A stretch of 64,000 bases of DNA from Rhizaria sp. SCN 62-66 (lineage: Eukaryota), in the NCBI GenBank assembly GCA_001724265.1, contig MEDY01000066.1:62001-126000 (forward strand), written 5' to 3'. Position 1 is the stretch's first letter; the number at the start of each line of letters is the position of its first letter. Made by a program: the position numbers and the translations under genes. Below, one piece after another: positions 23,686 to 35,940 of this stretch. The notes beneath the pieces are model-generated. The model made no database searches. It was not told the DNA's origin and saw nothing but the letters and a program-made list of their open reading frames with translations.

Positions 23686-25228
23686 ATGGACAGTCAGCCT
23701 GCGCTCACTGCGGCGTCCGCTTCTATTTCTTTCTCTGTGGAAACACTTCCCATCACCGCCAGCGCGCCAACGACAGCTGATATCTCGCTGCATGCACCTC
23801 TTGTGGCATCTGACCCCGCGTACGTCTCATGACATGACACCCGCGCAAATGCCTCCAAACAAACTTGAACTTCAATCTCGCCGCTGCTTCGCATACTGTC
23901 ACGTGCCTTGCCGCCCCAACTGCATACCTCACCCCCACTCTCCCCCCTCTGCATGCCACTCTGTCCGCAGCCCTCCCCTGCCGCCCACATCCAACACCCT
24001 TGCGTTGAGCCCCGCGTCGGCCCCCGTGTGCGACGACAACGATCCGGACGACGGCGCCGACCACGCAGGCGCAGACCCACCGCGACCTCGCTGGGCCCCC
24101 GCGTCGCAGGGCTCCTTCTACCGCCGCGACCTCCCCGCCGACCTCGTTCCCTTCAACTCGCCCCAGGGCCGGCGCTACTTTGCCGAAGCGCTGGCTGCCA
24201 ATACCATGGAGTGCTACTTCCCGCTCGCGGAGCACTTCATCACCCAGGCCGAGCCGTCGTACTGCGCCATCTCGACCCTCGCCATGTGTCTCAACGCGCT
24301 CGGCGTCGACCCTGGCCGCGACTGGAAGCTGCCTTGGCGCTGGTTCTCCGAGGACATGCTCGAGTGCTGCACGCCGATGTCGGTGATCAAGCAAAAGGGG
24401 CTCACGTTTCAGCAGTTCAAGCGCCTCGCGCGCTGCCACGACGTGCTAGAGAGCGACTTCTACGCGCAGGAGTCGGACATCGCGCACTTCCGCTCTCTGA
24501 TCCTGCGCGTCGCGACGGCGCCGAGCGTGGTGAACCCGTCGCTGGCGTCCTCGCCGCACGGCGACCCGGCCCGCGGCGGGCTCCAGGCCGCGCTTGCTGT
24601 GGCTTTCTCGCGCAAGGCGCTGGGGCAGACCGGCGACGGCCACATGTCGCCGGTAGGGGGCTATCACGCGGCCTCGGACTCGGTGCTGGTGTTTGAGGTT
24701 GCGCGGTTTAAGTACCCGCCGTTCTGGGTGAGCGTGCCGCGGCTGTGGGCCGCGATGCTGCCCGTGGACAGCATGACGGGCAAGTCGCGCGGCTACTGTC
24801 TGCTGTCGCCGCAGACGGACCTGGCTGCGGCGGCGAGCAATGGCGCGAACAACGGCGACAACAGCGGTGGCAGTCCGAGCACTAACAGGAACGCTAACCC
24901 GGGTGCCGACTCTGACGGCGCGAATGCGAAGTCTAGCAACGATGCGGACGTGAACACGAGCGTTAGCAAAAGCACCAGCGCGAATGACGCAAGCGCTGCT
25001 GTCTTGGGCAGTGTTGCCAATGTCAATGCCAATGCTTGTGCCAGCTGCTGCAGCGGTGCAAATGACAACAGCAAGCCTGACTCGAACACGGCCGCGAACG
25101 CGAATGAAAGCAACACAGAAGCTGTGACCGTGATTGATAAATCCCAACAACAGCAGCAGAGCAATAAGCCTGTGAAAGTTGTCAAGCGTCACTGTGGGAC
25201 GGGGGAATGTGAATGCGCAACACGCTAA
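23686..25228 (+). CDS. PCS: Phytochelatin synthase (glutathione gamma-glutamylcysteinyltransferase), ~463 aa. Exons 23686-23819 and 23971-25228
   Basis: SFYRRDLP, TQAEPSYCAISTLAMCLNALGVDPGRDWKLPWRWFSEDMLECC, GQTGDGHMSPVGGYH, EVARFKYPPFWV, TGKSRG. Intron 23820-23970 GTACGT...CAG is in frame; Cys-rich tail; TAA stop. Confidence 0.93.
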
Positions 25229-25824
25229 AAGGTGGTTGATCTGTTTTGAACTGGCAAGCACTTGTAGCGTGCGCACTTGAAGTGAACGAACTAACATCGC
25301 ACATCGTCATCTTTCTATACGCGTTATCCGGAATAATAATTGCACGTCACGCAATAGTAGCGCATTTAGTTACTTATACTGAAGAATACACACGTTTCTC
25401 GTTTATCTCTATTGTGTACTTGCATGAAGTGAGTTGTGACCACAAACGTGGCAGTTGCAGTGGTTGTCGCAGCCAACGCTCTGCCAAGTCAAGAACTTCG
25501 TTGTCTAGAGAGTCGGAACATTCGTAAAATGTTAATGCGTGTCTTGAACGGATATTTCACTTGTGTCATGTGTTTTACTTTGTAATTGTGTGAGCAAGAC
25601 ACGTGATCTTGATTGCATGTTGGTTGCAAAAAGTCGCATCACTGCAATCACTTTGAGCCGTGCAGAATCCTCGCTTTGTTCGCCGCTACTACGCTACAAC
25701 AACGACAAATCCTAGAACCAGTCACCATCATGGCTACTATATGATATAACACACGCATAACTTTGCTTACAGTTTCTTAATTATCTTTCTTACACGACTA
25801 TTTCTGAGTTTAGTCTTGCTTAGC

Positions 25825-26491
25825 ATGGGCAACAAGCCGACGAAGGCCGAGAAGCAAGCCGCTAATGAGGCGTATGAGCGCGACATTGTTGCTAAGCAGG
25901 CGCGGCGTGAGCGTGAGGAGGAGGAGCGCCTTGCTGCTCTTGAGCGTAAGCGGTACGTCGAACTTATATGACCTTGCAACACCCTTTATCTTACTCACCC
26001 AGCAGTTCTTGCTTGCTGTTTAACTATCAAATTAAGGTTAATGTGCGCAGGATATGTACAAATTGCGTTAGAACCTTGTCACAACTTAAGCGTCAATCTG
26101 CACTATATGATACATGTGCTTTTGTTTGGAAATACTCTCATCTAAGTCACTGTAACCCCCTTTTTGTGTCATCTGCTTCAGTGTCGAGCGTGGCCACGAG
26201 CGCGACGAGCACACCCGCGACCTTTTGGCCGGTGGTGAGGCCGCAGCAGCCGCGATGCAGGCCCAAAAGGACAAGCAGTGGCTCGAGAACAAGGCCGCCG
26301 AGCGCCGCGAGCGCGAGGCGGCGATCGCCAAGAACAAGAAGGGCCCTACTGCGGCCGACTCTGACAATCACTACAACACGGAGCCCGACAAGGACGACAG
26401 CGCCAAGACCGGGATCGACCTCGCGGACAGCGACGGCGAGGGCAAGGAGAAGGCCACTGCGGCCGAGGACGTGGCCGACGAGCTCCGGTGA
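25825..26491 (+). CDS. Small, highly charged helical hypothetical protein (MGNKPTKAEKQ...). Exons 25825-25952 and 26182-26491; 3' end uncertain
   Basis: GC-rich coding-like blocks are joined in frame by intron 25953-26181 (GTACGT...CAG). The end is either CGG-TGA or another intron starting GTGAGT at 26488. Confidence 0.65.
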
Positions 26492-27514
26492 GTGCTCGAT
26501 CACACTCTGCGTCGGATACATCCCCATCTTTAGAGTTACGCTCCATGGCCTGGAGCTTGGTTGAATACACACCATATACTAGTACCTTTCTGGACGCTAT
26601 TTTACACGACATCCGTCAACGCGCCCTCCCCGGTGTTTGGAAACAGTATAAAATGTCGTCAATCATCAGATAATAGAGGAAATGTAATTACTAATTGAAA
26701 AGGTTCAGAGAGCAATTGCTTTTGATTACAGCCCATTTAATGTGATGTAAAGTTAATACTTCAAATTTTACTGGTTTCACCACTTGATGGATCTATGCTC
26801 GGGTGCAAACCTGTTCAGAATCTCAAAGGTTTCGGGTTCGATTTCGGACGCATACTTATTCTTTTTTTTGCTCGCTTGCACTTTTCCGAGACATAATTTC
26901 CACTGACATGCGTCGTATTATTCTTTTTTTGCGCATAAGCTTTCGTTAAGACGTTGATCTACGCGCCCAAAGTGTTCGCTCACGGTCACGTTGGGTCACT
27001 GCTCTTGCAGTCTGCGACGAATCTTTGCATCGACGGGACAGGTCGGTGACTTATTATTGACTTTTGCGCGTGCCCCGTCGGTTGTTTTCGAGTGCTGACT
27101 GAATATAATTGCACAAGGCACTATGATTTTAATTAATCCATTTTGCTGTGCTCTACAACGTGCTACTTTGTGACTTATGGGTCAGGGCAATGTCAGCGCC
27201 AAGCACGTCATTATCCCAACATCGGCAGTCTGCGGCCTGGCTGTGTCTCGCCCCCACGCGCTTCTCAGCCGGCTCTTACGCGCGCATCCTGCACATCTTT
27301 CTTTTATCCTTTGCTTTTCCGTCCCCGCGCCGGTCGTTGAGTTGATTTTGTGATGCGTATTGTGTCTTTTTAGCCCTGTCAGTTTCTCCCTCAGTACCAT
27401 CCTCGGGCCTGCCACCTTCGCACAATCGCTCTCCTTCCTGCTCTTGCCCCTCACTCCCTCTGCTTCTTTTCCTCCTACCACAATTTCCTCCTCTTCTATT
27501 GCCCCATAGGTCGC

Positions 27515-28263
27515 ATGCCCAAGCCCGGTACGTTTTTCCTCCCTTCCTTCACCGCCCTTGTTGCCCAATCCTTTCCCGCCCATCCCTCATCGTCAGTCTT
27601 CCCCAGTACAGCACCTTTTGTTCTCACTCAATCCCACCATGCCCTTCTCCCTCAACACCTATCCTCCCGCCAGGCCCCGGCGCGTACGACATTCCCTCGA
27701 CGATCGGCACCGGCCCGTCCAAGACGATCGGCCAGCGCCTGGACCGCCGCGCCCCCGGCGAGACGGTCCCGCCCCCCGGCGCGTACTCGGTCACGGCCCA
27801 CACCATCGGCACCTCGCGCCGCCACCAGTACACCATCGGCGGCCGCACGAAGATGTTCACGCCCGGCGCCGACTCCCCCGGCCCCGGCGCGTACGACCCC
27901 CGTCTGTCGCAGAAGCCCGGCGTGACGATGTCCGGCCGCCCCAAGGAGCTCACCGGCACGCTCTCTTTCCCGTCGCCCGCGCAGTACACCGTCACGGGCG
28001 AGATCCTGTCCACGCGCGCGCCCGCGTACTCGCTCACGGGCCGCCCCACGGACCCGCCCAGCAAGCTCAACACGCCCGGCCCCGGCGCGTACGACGTGCT
28101 CAAGCGCCCGCGCACGGACCGCGTCGTGTCGCTCAAGTCGCGCCACTCGAGCAAGCCCGAGACCAACACCCCGGGCCCCGGTGCGTACAACCTCACGTCG
28201 GGACCCGCGGGGCCGAAGTTCACCATGGGCGGCCGCACTCCGCTGCCCCGCGGTGACGACTAA
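27515..28263 (+). CDS. ODF3/SHIPPO-repeat (PGPGAY) axonemal protein, ~200 aa. Exons 27515-27527 and 27674-28263
   Basis: Repeated PGPGAY, PPPGAY and PSPAQY units, each followed by an xxT(I/M)xGR-like motif. Intron 27528-27673 GTACGT...CAG restores MPKPGPGAYDI; TAA stop. Confidence 0.85.
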
Positions 28264-29024
28264 GGGCTCCAGAGAGATCTCTCTGAGAGAGGTCTTCGCT
28301 GAACGCCAACTAAAGCGAAATGAACAATAACAAGCGCGGGAGAGAGGGATGGATGATAGAGGGACCTTGAGTCCGCCAAGCAAACAGAGCTTAGGGTGCC
28401 ATTGCGCATTGTTGTCGTCTCCCCCACTGACTGACTTGACTTTGGTCGTCAGCAGACGCAGAAAATGGGGAAGTAACAATGCCTCCACTTGAGGGACTCT
28501 TTGACTGTGGACGAGAGGAGAGTAGACCGCGAATAACAAACAAAAATGACACAATTGCCCTGAAGAGACATAGGCAATATGTTTCTCATCACTACGAGTA
28601 CATAGACGGAAAGTGCCGTACGCACACAGGTTGCGTATTTCCAAATAAATTCACAATTTTTGACTTCGCTGACGCCACTTCGCAACTTGAACATCTTACG
28701 CATTTGCGCGAGTATATGCACTTCATGCTTACTTATCGCATTAACAACTTGATATGTCATTTATCATGACTAATAATACGTTATATTGCAGAGATATCGA
28801 TATTTACTGGGATTACGTTCGTCAAGTGCTGCTTCAAAATCAGCGTAGCGGACGTGGCAAAGCGTTGCGATGACTAGCTTCGAGACGATCTCAAAATCGG
28901 CCTGACTTGCAGCAAGTGCAGCGTTGTGTAGCTTCCGTCTATGCATTTATCCTTTTCGATTATGATATTCAAGCTTATATTATATCTACTCCCTTCATTA
29001 TTTTTTTCTCTTGAGTTTAGGTAG

Positions 29025-32000
29025 ATGTCGGGACAGGAGATCGTGTCGATCCACCTTGGTCCGTACGCCAATTATGTCGCGGCCCACACCTGGAACCTCG
29101 ACTACACCCGCACTTTCGGCTCTCCCCTTGCGCCGTCCTCTTCCACGCAGAGCAGCTCAGACTTCTCGTCTCTTGCCAGCGACGGCAGCGCCGCGCCGCC
29201 CCCGCACGTGCTGTTCCGTCGCCTCAAGTCTGGCGCTGGCTCCAAATCTAGCTCCGGCTCTGGCTCTTCCTCTTCTTCCTCCGCAGACTGCTACATCCCT
29301 CGCGCCGTCTTTTGCGACCACGTTGGCTCAGTCCCCACGGCTCCGCTCTCTGTACTGGTTGCCCACGAGCAGGCCAAGGCCGTGAAGGCCGCCGCCGCCG
29401 CTACCTCGAGCGACTATGACGACCCTTTGGCCTTCTCCTGGTCCTCCTCCTCTTCCTCTGCTGCCAACGCCTACGCGTCCCCGTTCTCGCACCACGCAAC
29501 CTCTTCCGCCTCCGCCGGCGCCAGTGCCGCCGCGTCGCAGCAGCAGCACCAGGCGTCCAGTGCCGCGGCCGTGGCTAGCTGGCATGACGTGTTGCTGCCG
29601 TCCTTGCGCCCGCGCGCGCGCTCCCTGTGTCTCGCGCCCCCAGCCCACCAGCTGCCCTCCGCCTGCGAGCACTACACGCAGGGCGCGTCGCTGGCCGCCG
29701 CTACCGTGGCCTCCGCGGGCGGCGCACAGGAGAGCTACTTAGAGAGCGTGCTGGAGGCGTTCCGCTGGCACGCAGAGGACTGCGACTTTTTACAGGGTGT
29801 AAGGCTCTTCTGCGACGCTGACTCGGCTTGGGCGGGGCTCGCGGTCGCCATGATTGAGGCCGTCCGCGACACCTACCCGTCTACGCCCATCATCGTGCTC
29901 GCCGCGTGCCCGCCCGTCGGCCTGTTCGAGCCCTCGCCGCGGTGGATCGCGCCCGCGCTCTGGGCCCTGCGCGAGACTGACCCCGCGGCCGCAGCGCTCT
30001 TCCTCGCGCCGCCCAACAGCAACAGCGACGGCGACGGCAGCGGTGGCGGCAGCGGCAGTCGGCGCGCGGGCGCAGGCGCGGGCTCGGGCAACAGCTTGCG
30101 TGCACGACTTCTCCAGCAACAGCAGCGCGGCGGCCAAACTTTCGGCATCGGTGGCGGCCAAACTTACGAGCGCGAAGATGGGTACTCGTACGCCGAGGCG
30201 GCCGCGAGCTTCACGCCCTCGGCCATCGCGACGATCACCGCGCGCCGTGTGTCGTCGCTGGCGCTGCTGCTGGCGCTGGGCGCCAACAGCGAAAGCGCCG
30301 GCCGCGTCCTCGTGATCCCGCTCAGCGCGCCCTTAGACGCGGGCATCGTCGCGCAGTACGCCGCGCTGCACGCGCCGTCGCTCGCGCCAACTTACATCTC
30401 CCCCTCAGACGGCGGCAGCAGCAACGCGAGCAACGTCAACGCCCGTGTCACCGCCGCCGTGTCATCCTCCTCTGCTTCAGCAGCAGCTGTGTCAGCGGAC
30501 CCAGCGACCGTGAGCGCGGTCTCCGCGACTGCCGACTCAGCCACGGGCCGCGCTCTGACGGCGCTTTCCCACAGTCACCCCTCAACGTCCTACTCGCTGC
30601 TCTCGACCGCCGTGCTCGCTCTCGCGGTGCACTCGTTCCTCGCACCCACTTACATCCCCGGCGGCGGCCTAACTTTCCTCTCGCTCACGAACACACTGAC
30701 GGCGCGGCCCGCGCTCACAGTCGCCGGCCTCGCGCTCGCCGTGCTGCCCGCAGGCCCGCGCGCACTCGCGCACAGCGTCTTCCCCCCGTCTTCAAGCTCC
30801 AGCTCTAGTTCCGGCGCAGGCTCTCAGTCGCAGCGGCCGAAGCAGAGCTCGTCTCAGACCCACTCGTCACTCTCGCACACCGCTGCGAGCGCGGGCGCGG
30901 GCGCGATGTCGACGGCTGCGCTTGTGACCGCCTCTGCCCCCGGTTCCGCCGCGGCGGCCAGTTATCGCCTCGTCCACACGGCAGGCCTGCGGCTCTTCAC
31001 GCCGTTGCTGCCGGCCACCGCGGCCGAGACGCGGGCCTCCGCCGCCGCCTCCGCCGCGGCCGCGCAGGTCGCCGAGAGCCTCGAGGAGCGCGCGCGCGTT
31101 GCCAGCGCCAGGCTCGCCGCCAGCGCAGTCTACAACAACCTGCTTTCGCGCCGCGGCGCCGCCAGCAGCGGCCGCCAGAGCGCGAGCGACGGCGTCGCTG
31201 CTCTGTTGCCGGGCCCTGGCGCGCACGCACAGACTGAGATGCGGCGAATGGGCGTTGAGACCGTGTACCCGCTGTCGAAGCTTAGCGGCGTCTCCGTTCT
31301 GGCCGGCGTCGAGGACCTCGCGCGTGCCGCTGTGCTCTCGGGCTCGGGCGCTGCGGCCGCGGGCGCGGCGGCGACGGCCGCAGCGGGCTTCGGTGGGGGC
31401 GGCCACGACGGCCGCGGCCGCGGGCGTGCGCGAGGCAGCAACGCGAATAACAACCACGATGACGATGATGACGACGATGATGACAGTAGCAGCTCAGCTG
31501 GTAAATGGGCTTTTGAGTCCATCGACAGCTACAAAGCCCGGACCAGCGTCATCGCGAGCGCCAATAGTCACAGCGCTAGTAATAGCAGCAGCAGCAGCAG
31601 CAACAGCAGCTCTATCGTTGTCGACACCACTGCCGGCGCCGGCAACAGCGACGCCAGCGCACACCCGGAGCTTTTGGCTGCGATCGAGGAAGAAGAGAAC
31701 TCGCTCCGCCGCCAGTACCTCACCTTTATGTCTACGGCCGGCGCCGGCTCGCTGCCGCGCAACTCCGCGGCGACGTTCCTGCCTTCTGCGCCGCTGCCGC
31801 CCGGGTTCCCGCTGCCGCTGCCGCAGTACAGGCGCGACGCGCTGGCGCCCGCCACCACCGGAGACAAGGCCGCCGTCTCGGCCTCGGCCGCAGGCGGTTC
31901 GCGCTCCGGAGTTGAGGCCGGCCGCGGGTTTGCTGACGGCGACGTTTTCACCTCCTACTCACAGTTGAAGTTGTCGCAGTCGCAATCCCAGGCTGGTGGT

Positions 32001-32411
32001 GGTGCTGCGTGGTGGAAGAATGGGGTTGACGCGTTTTACGGTAACGGAACGCGGTTTTCGTGTTTTACGCCCACAGGCAGTGCTGTTGCAATTGCGCCCA
32101 CGCTTGTAGATGCGTTTGTCGCAACTGATTTTGCTTGGGGTTTCACCGCAGGAGCTGAGAGGCTCAAGAGCGCGTTCAAGGTACGTTATTGCACCGCCTG
32201 CACTCCTCTCTCAATGACTCGATTTAACTGACTATATCACACTTGCACGGGTTGAATCTTACTTTATATGATATTTTCTCCTGTTCTTTTTCAACATCTG
32301 CAGATTTCGGCGATCAAGACTGCTGCTTCCAAGGAAGGCTTTGAGGCAGATGACCTTGAAGAGGCGTTAACCCGTCTTCACACCATGGCCGACGAGTACT
32401 TAGCAGAGTAA
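29025..32411 (+). CDS. MSTO1: Misato/DML1 tubulin-like protein, ~1087 aa. Exons 29025-32180 and 32304-32411
   Basis: MSGQEIVSIHLGPYANYVAAHTWN, YIPRAVFCD, LEAFRWHAEDCDFLQGVRLFCDADSAWAGLA, and C-terminal DDLEEALTRLHTMADEY. Intron 32181-32303 GTACGT...CAG; TAA stop. Confidence 0.85.
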
Positions 32412-32732
32412 TTATATCGCACATAACAATCTTTTTTGCTTTTATTCTAATGAACCTACATAGAAAACGCATTTTTACATAATAAACACTTTGTTTTATA
32501 AAAAAATTAATCGAGATTGAACATGTAAAGTAAAGTATTAGACACATCAAGTCATTTCCACCACAAACGCTTTTTTGCGGTAGTTGGTAGTTCCGAAAAA
32601 AAGAAGCGTATTTTTGGTCCCATCCCCCGGGTGATTAATATTCCCCGCCTCTAGTATGGCAGGTCGCCCTTCGGTCAAGACGGTCGAGGTCGTGAGTTGC
32701 TTGTTTTGTCCGAACTCAGCTTTTAAGTTAAG

Positions 32733-33029
32733 GTATGTCTCTGTTTCATGCATTACGCGTTATTTCAGCACTGTATCTGTATTGTGTCAATTCCGCGTTT
32801 TCTCCTGCTCGCTTTTGTGCCCCCAAAGGCGTGTTTTCCGGGTTCGCTTGGATCTGCTCCCCTTGTCTGATGCGTGCCCCGCTTTTCCAACATTACTCCC
32901 TCTTGTTGCCCCTAATTACGTCTCTCACCTTTTTCTTTCGCTCACATGCCTCTTTTTTCCCTTTCTCTTCTCTTTTTCTCTTCTTCTGCCTCTGTCTTCC
33001 CCGTCAATTCTCTCCGTCTGCCCTGTTAG
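32733..33029 (+). other. Probable 5'-UTR intron of EF-1alpha
   Basis: AG|GTATGT donor, long polypyrimidine tract, and a TAG acceptor 14 nt before the ATG at 33043. Confidence 0.55.
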
Positions 33030-33042
33030 TTTCTCAAGCATC

Positions 33043-34644
33043 ATGTCTGCCAAGGACAAGATTCACGTCAACCTGGTCGTCGTCGGCCACGTCGATGCCG
33101 GTAAGTCGACCACCACCGGCCACATCATTTACAAGTGCGGTGGTATCTCCAAGCGCCAGATCGAGAAGTTCGAGAAGGAGTCCGCTGAGATGGGCAAGGG
33201 TGCCTTCAAGTACGCCTGGGTCCTCGACAAGCTCAAGGCTGAGCGTGAGCGTGGTATCACCATCGACATCGCCCTCTGGAAGTTCCAGACCGACAAGTAC
33301 TACTTCACCATCATTGATGCTCCCGGCCACAAGGACTTCATCAAGAACATGATCACCGGTACCTCCCAGGCCGACGTCGCCATCCTCGTCATTGACGGCT
33401 CCAACTACGAGGCCGGTATCTCTGATGACGGCTCCACCCGTGAGCACGCCCTCCTCACCCACACTCTCGGTATCCGCCAGATCATCGTCCTCGTCAACAA
33501 GGTCGATGCCTTCAACTACCAGATCGAGAAGTTCAACGAGATCAAGGCTGAGATCTCCAACGTCCTCGCCGATGCCGGCTACCAGAACGTCGACAAGATC
33601 CCCTTCCTCCCCGTTTCCGGCTTCAACGGTGACAACATCATCACCATCGAGAACGACCAGGGTGTCAACAACCTCCCCTGGTGGAAGGGTAACACCGTCA
33701 AGCAGCAGCTCGACGAGATTATCCCCCCTGCCCGCCCCTCCGACCTTGCCCTCCGTCTCCCCCTCCAGGACGTCTACAAGATCGGCGGTATCGGCACAGT
33801 CCCCGTCGGCCGTGTTGAGACCGGTATCCTCAAGCCCGGCATGGTCGTCATCTTCGCGCCCACCCAGTACACCACCGATGTCAAGTCCATCGAGATGCAC
33901 CACGAGCAGCTCGAGCAGGCTTGCCCCGGTGACAACGTCGGCTTCAACATCAAGAACCTTTCCGTCAAGGAGATCGCCCGTGGCATGGTTACCTGCGACA
34001 CCAAGAACGACCCCGGAGCTGAGGTTCCCTCGTTCGAGGCCCGCGTCATCATCATGAACCACCCCGGTGAGATCCACGAGGGTTACACCCCCGTCGTTGA
34101 TTGCCACACTTCGCACATTGCCTGCAAGTTCCGCCTCATCCGCGCCGTCATCGACAACAAGGCCTCCACCGCCAAGTCCGTCGTCGACGAGTGGAACACC
34201 TCCAAGGGTCTCTTCGGTGTCAACGGCGATGCCCTCATCGTCGAGATGGAGCCCTCCAAGCCCCTCTGCGTTGAGGCTTTCACCCAGTACGCCCCCCTCG
34301 GCCGCTTCGCTGTCCGTGACATGCGCAAGACCGTCGCCGTCGGCTTCATCAACGCTGTTACCCGCCGCGTTGTTGAGGGTAAGACCAAGAAGGAGGTCCG
34401 CGTCCCCGCCCCCGACACTGCCGCCATCGAGGAGCAGCGCAAGAAGTACGCCACCGAGGCTAACGCCTTCGCTGAGCAGCTCGCCAAGGCTGAGGCCGAG
34501 GCTGAGGGCAAGAAGGACAAGAAGGACAAGAAGGACAAGAAGGACAAGGACGACAAGAAGGACAAGAAGGACAAGGACGACAAGAAGGACAAGAAGGACA
34601 AGGACGACAAGAAGGACAAGAAGGAGAAGAAGGACAAGAAGTAA
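33043..34644 (+). CDS. EEF1A: Translation elongation factor 1-alpha (divergent, with a C-terminal Lys/Asp-rich extension), 533 aa
   Basis: [99 protein letters not shown]. Strong C/G-ending codon bias; TAA stop. Confidence 0.97.
   Translation: MSAKDKIHVNLVVVGHVDAGKSTTTGHIIYKCGGISKRQIEKFEKESAEMGKGAFKYAWVLDKLKAERERGITIDIALWKFQTDKYYFTIIDAPGHKDFIKNMITGTSQADVAILVIDGSNYEAGISDDGSTREHALLTHTLGIRQIIVLVNKVDAFNYQIEKFNEIKAEISNVLADAGYQNVDKIPFLPVSGFNGDNIITIENDQGVNNLPWWKGNTVKQQLDEIIPPARPSDLALRLPLQDVYKIGGIGTVPVGRVETGILKPGMVVIFAPTQYTTDVKSIEMHHEQLEQACPGDNVGFNIKNLSVKEIARGMVTCDTKNDPGAEVPSFEARVIIMNHPGEIHEGYTPVVDCHTSHIACKFRLIRAVIDNKASTAKSVVDEWNTSKGLFGVNGDALIVEMEPSKPLCVEAFTQYAPLGRFAVRDMRKTVAVGFINAVTRRVVEGKTKKEVRVPAPDTAAIEEQRKKYATEANAFAEQLAKAEAEAEGKKDKKDKKDKKDKDDKKDKKDKDDKKDKKDKDDKKDKKEKKDKK
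34510..34641 (+). repeat. Coding tandem repeat (AAGAAGGAC units; 27-nt KKDKKDKDD unit x3) at the EF-1alpha C-terminus
   Basis: Read directly from the sequence. Confidence 0.95.
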
Positions 34645-35940
34645 ATTATTTGCTTCCTAGTGCCATCTCTTTGACTAATCTTTCTTTAGTTACTCTGCGC
34701 CTCTCTCCCGTTCTCTTTTTTCTCTACACTTTGTGTATGTGAAAACAAACGTGCTGTGTGCTACTTTTATTTCTCATCTTCAAAAAAAAGTCTTTGAAGT
34801 GAGCGTGTTGACCAAGCTTGAGATAAAGTTTTAGTTCGATTGATAACTTTCCCTTCCTTTTTTTTTTAATCACTGAAATGGCCACGATATTGCAATGCAT
34901 TGTGTTGAAACGTCTAGTGCTTTGAATTGGTGAAGTATTGTCGATGTTTGTCACGTATTTGACTTAGGTTTGTTACGCGTCAATCTCGCTCAGTTTGCCG
35001 TAAGATATCTCGAAACTTTGCGCTGTAACCATGTTTTGAAAGTTTCTTACGTGAGTTTTAAAGCACATAATAAATCATATAAATAGAGTTTGGACCATGT
35101 CAACTTTACTTTGGCATTTACATAAGTCGTTATATTCGGGCTTCAAGATGGGTCTCACTGCTGGACTGCCAGACTGTGACTGTGAGCGACGAGCTCGGCG
35201 GCCTAACTTCGGTCGGGGTACGAGGCCAAGAGCGGCCGGCCTCACAGCACCCATCGTCTGTCTAGTCCGACGAGCCGTGCGGGTGTGTGGCGCGATAGGG
35301 TCACCTTTAACAAGAATTCTGTTTTAAATTTGGATTAAGCGGGCACGTGAGACATCTTTGGGTATCTTTAGAAAGACGCCAGGGAGCGTATCGGGACCCT
35401 ATACGGCCGTTTTAGAGCGCCTCTCGAGGATGATTTGGGGCTCTTGAAGCCGGCAGCGAACGCCGATACTCGTCCCCGGGCGTCGTCGCCGCACGCATTA
35501 GAGCCTTTGTGCCGATTCTAGCCCTCTTTTAGTATCCTAGTAGCCGTGCTACGCGCCGCGGCGTGCCCGGGACCCCGTCCGTTTGTGCCCCTGCTGGTGG
35601 GCTTTGCTTAACTCTCCGAGAGTGCTCTTGCCCAGACAGAGAGCGAGTGTTGTCATGATGCATTGCATTCCTTGTTCTCACCCGCTTCTACTCTTCTTGC
35701 GCGCTGTTTTTCTAGCTTTGTTCCCCAGGACACGGTCTTCTCGTCCGGTTCAGTCGTTGGTTGTTCGAATCGCACTCGGTTTCTGCTGAGATTTAACTCT
35801 CCTCCGCTTCGCACCGTCCACCGTCGCTCTTCAAACCTTTCACACTTCGCGCTCGCGCTCACCTTCTGCGTCCGCGCACACCCGCGCCCGCTCGCACCGG
35901 CTTACCAGCCCGCTTTCTCTTTCACACACACACACTCCCA

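Noticed and set aside
26798-26852. tRNA (including tRNA-Sec or a suppressor tRNA) suggested by GGTTCGATT
   Set aside because: I cannot build a cloverleaf with acceptor, D and anticodon arms. I saw no tRNA gene anywhere in the window.
32656-33042. 129-aa N-terminal extension of EF-1alpha in the ORF track
   Set aside because: It is pyrimidine-rich UTR/intron sequence; the conserved start is [18 protein letters not shown] at 33043.
33034-34116. Long antisense and alternative-frame ORFs over GC-rich genes (here and throughout, e.g. 45825-47552, 43525-44961)
   Set aside because: These are shadow ORFs produced by high GC3 and codon bias; they have no recognisable domains.
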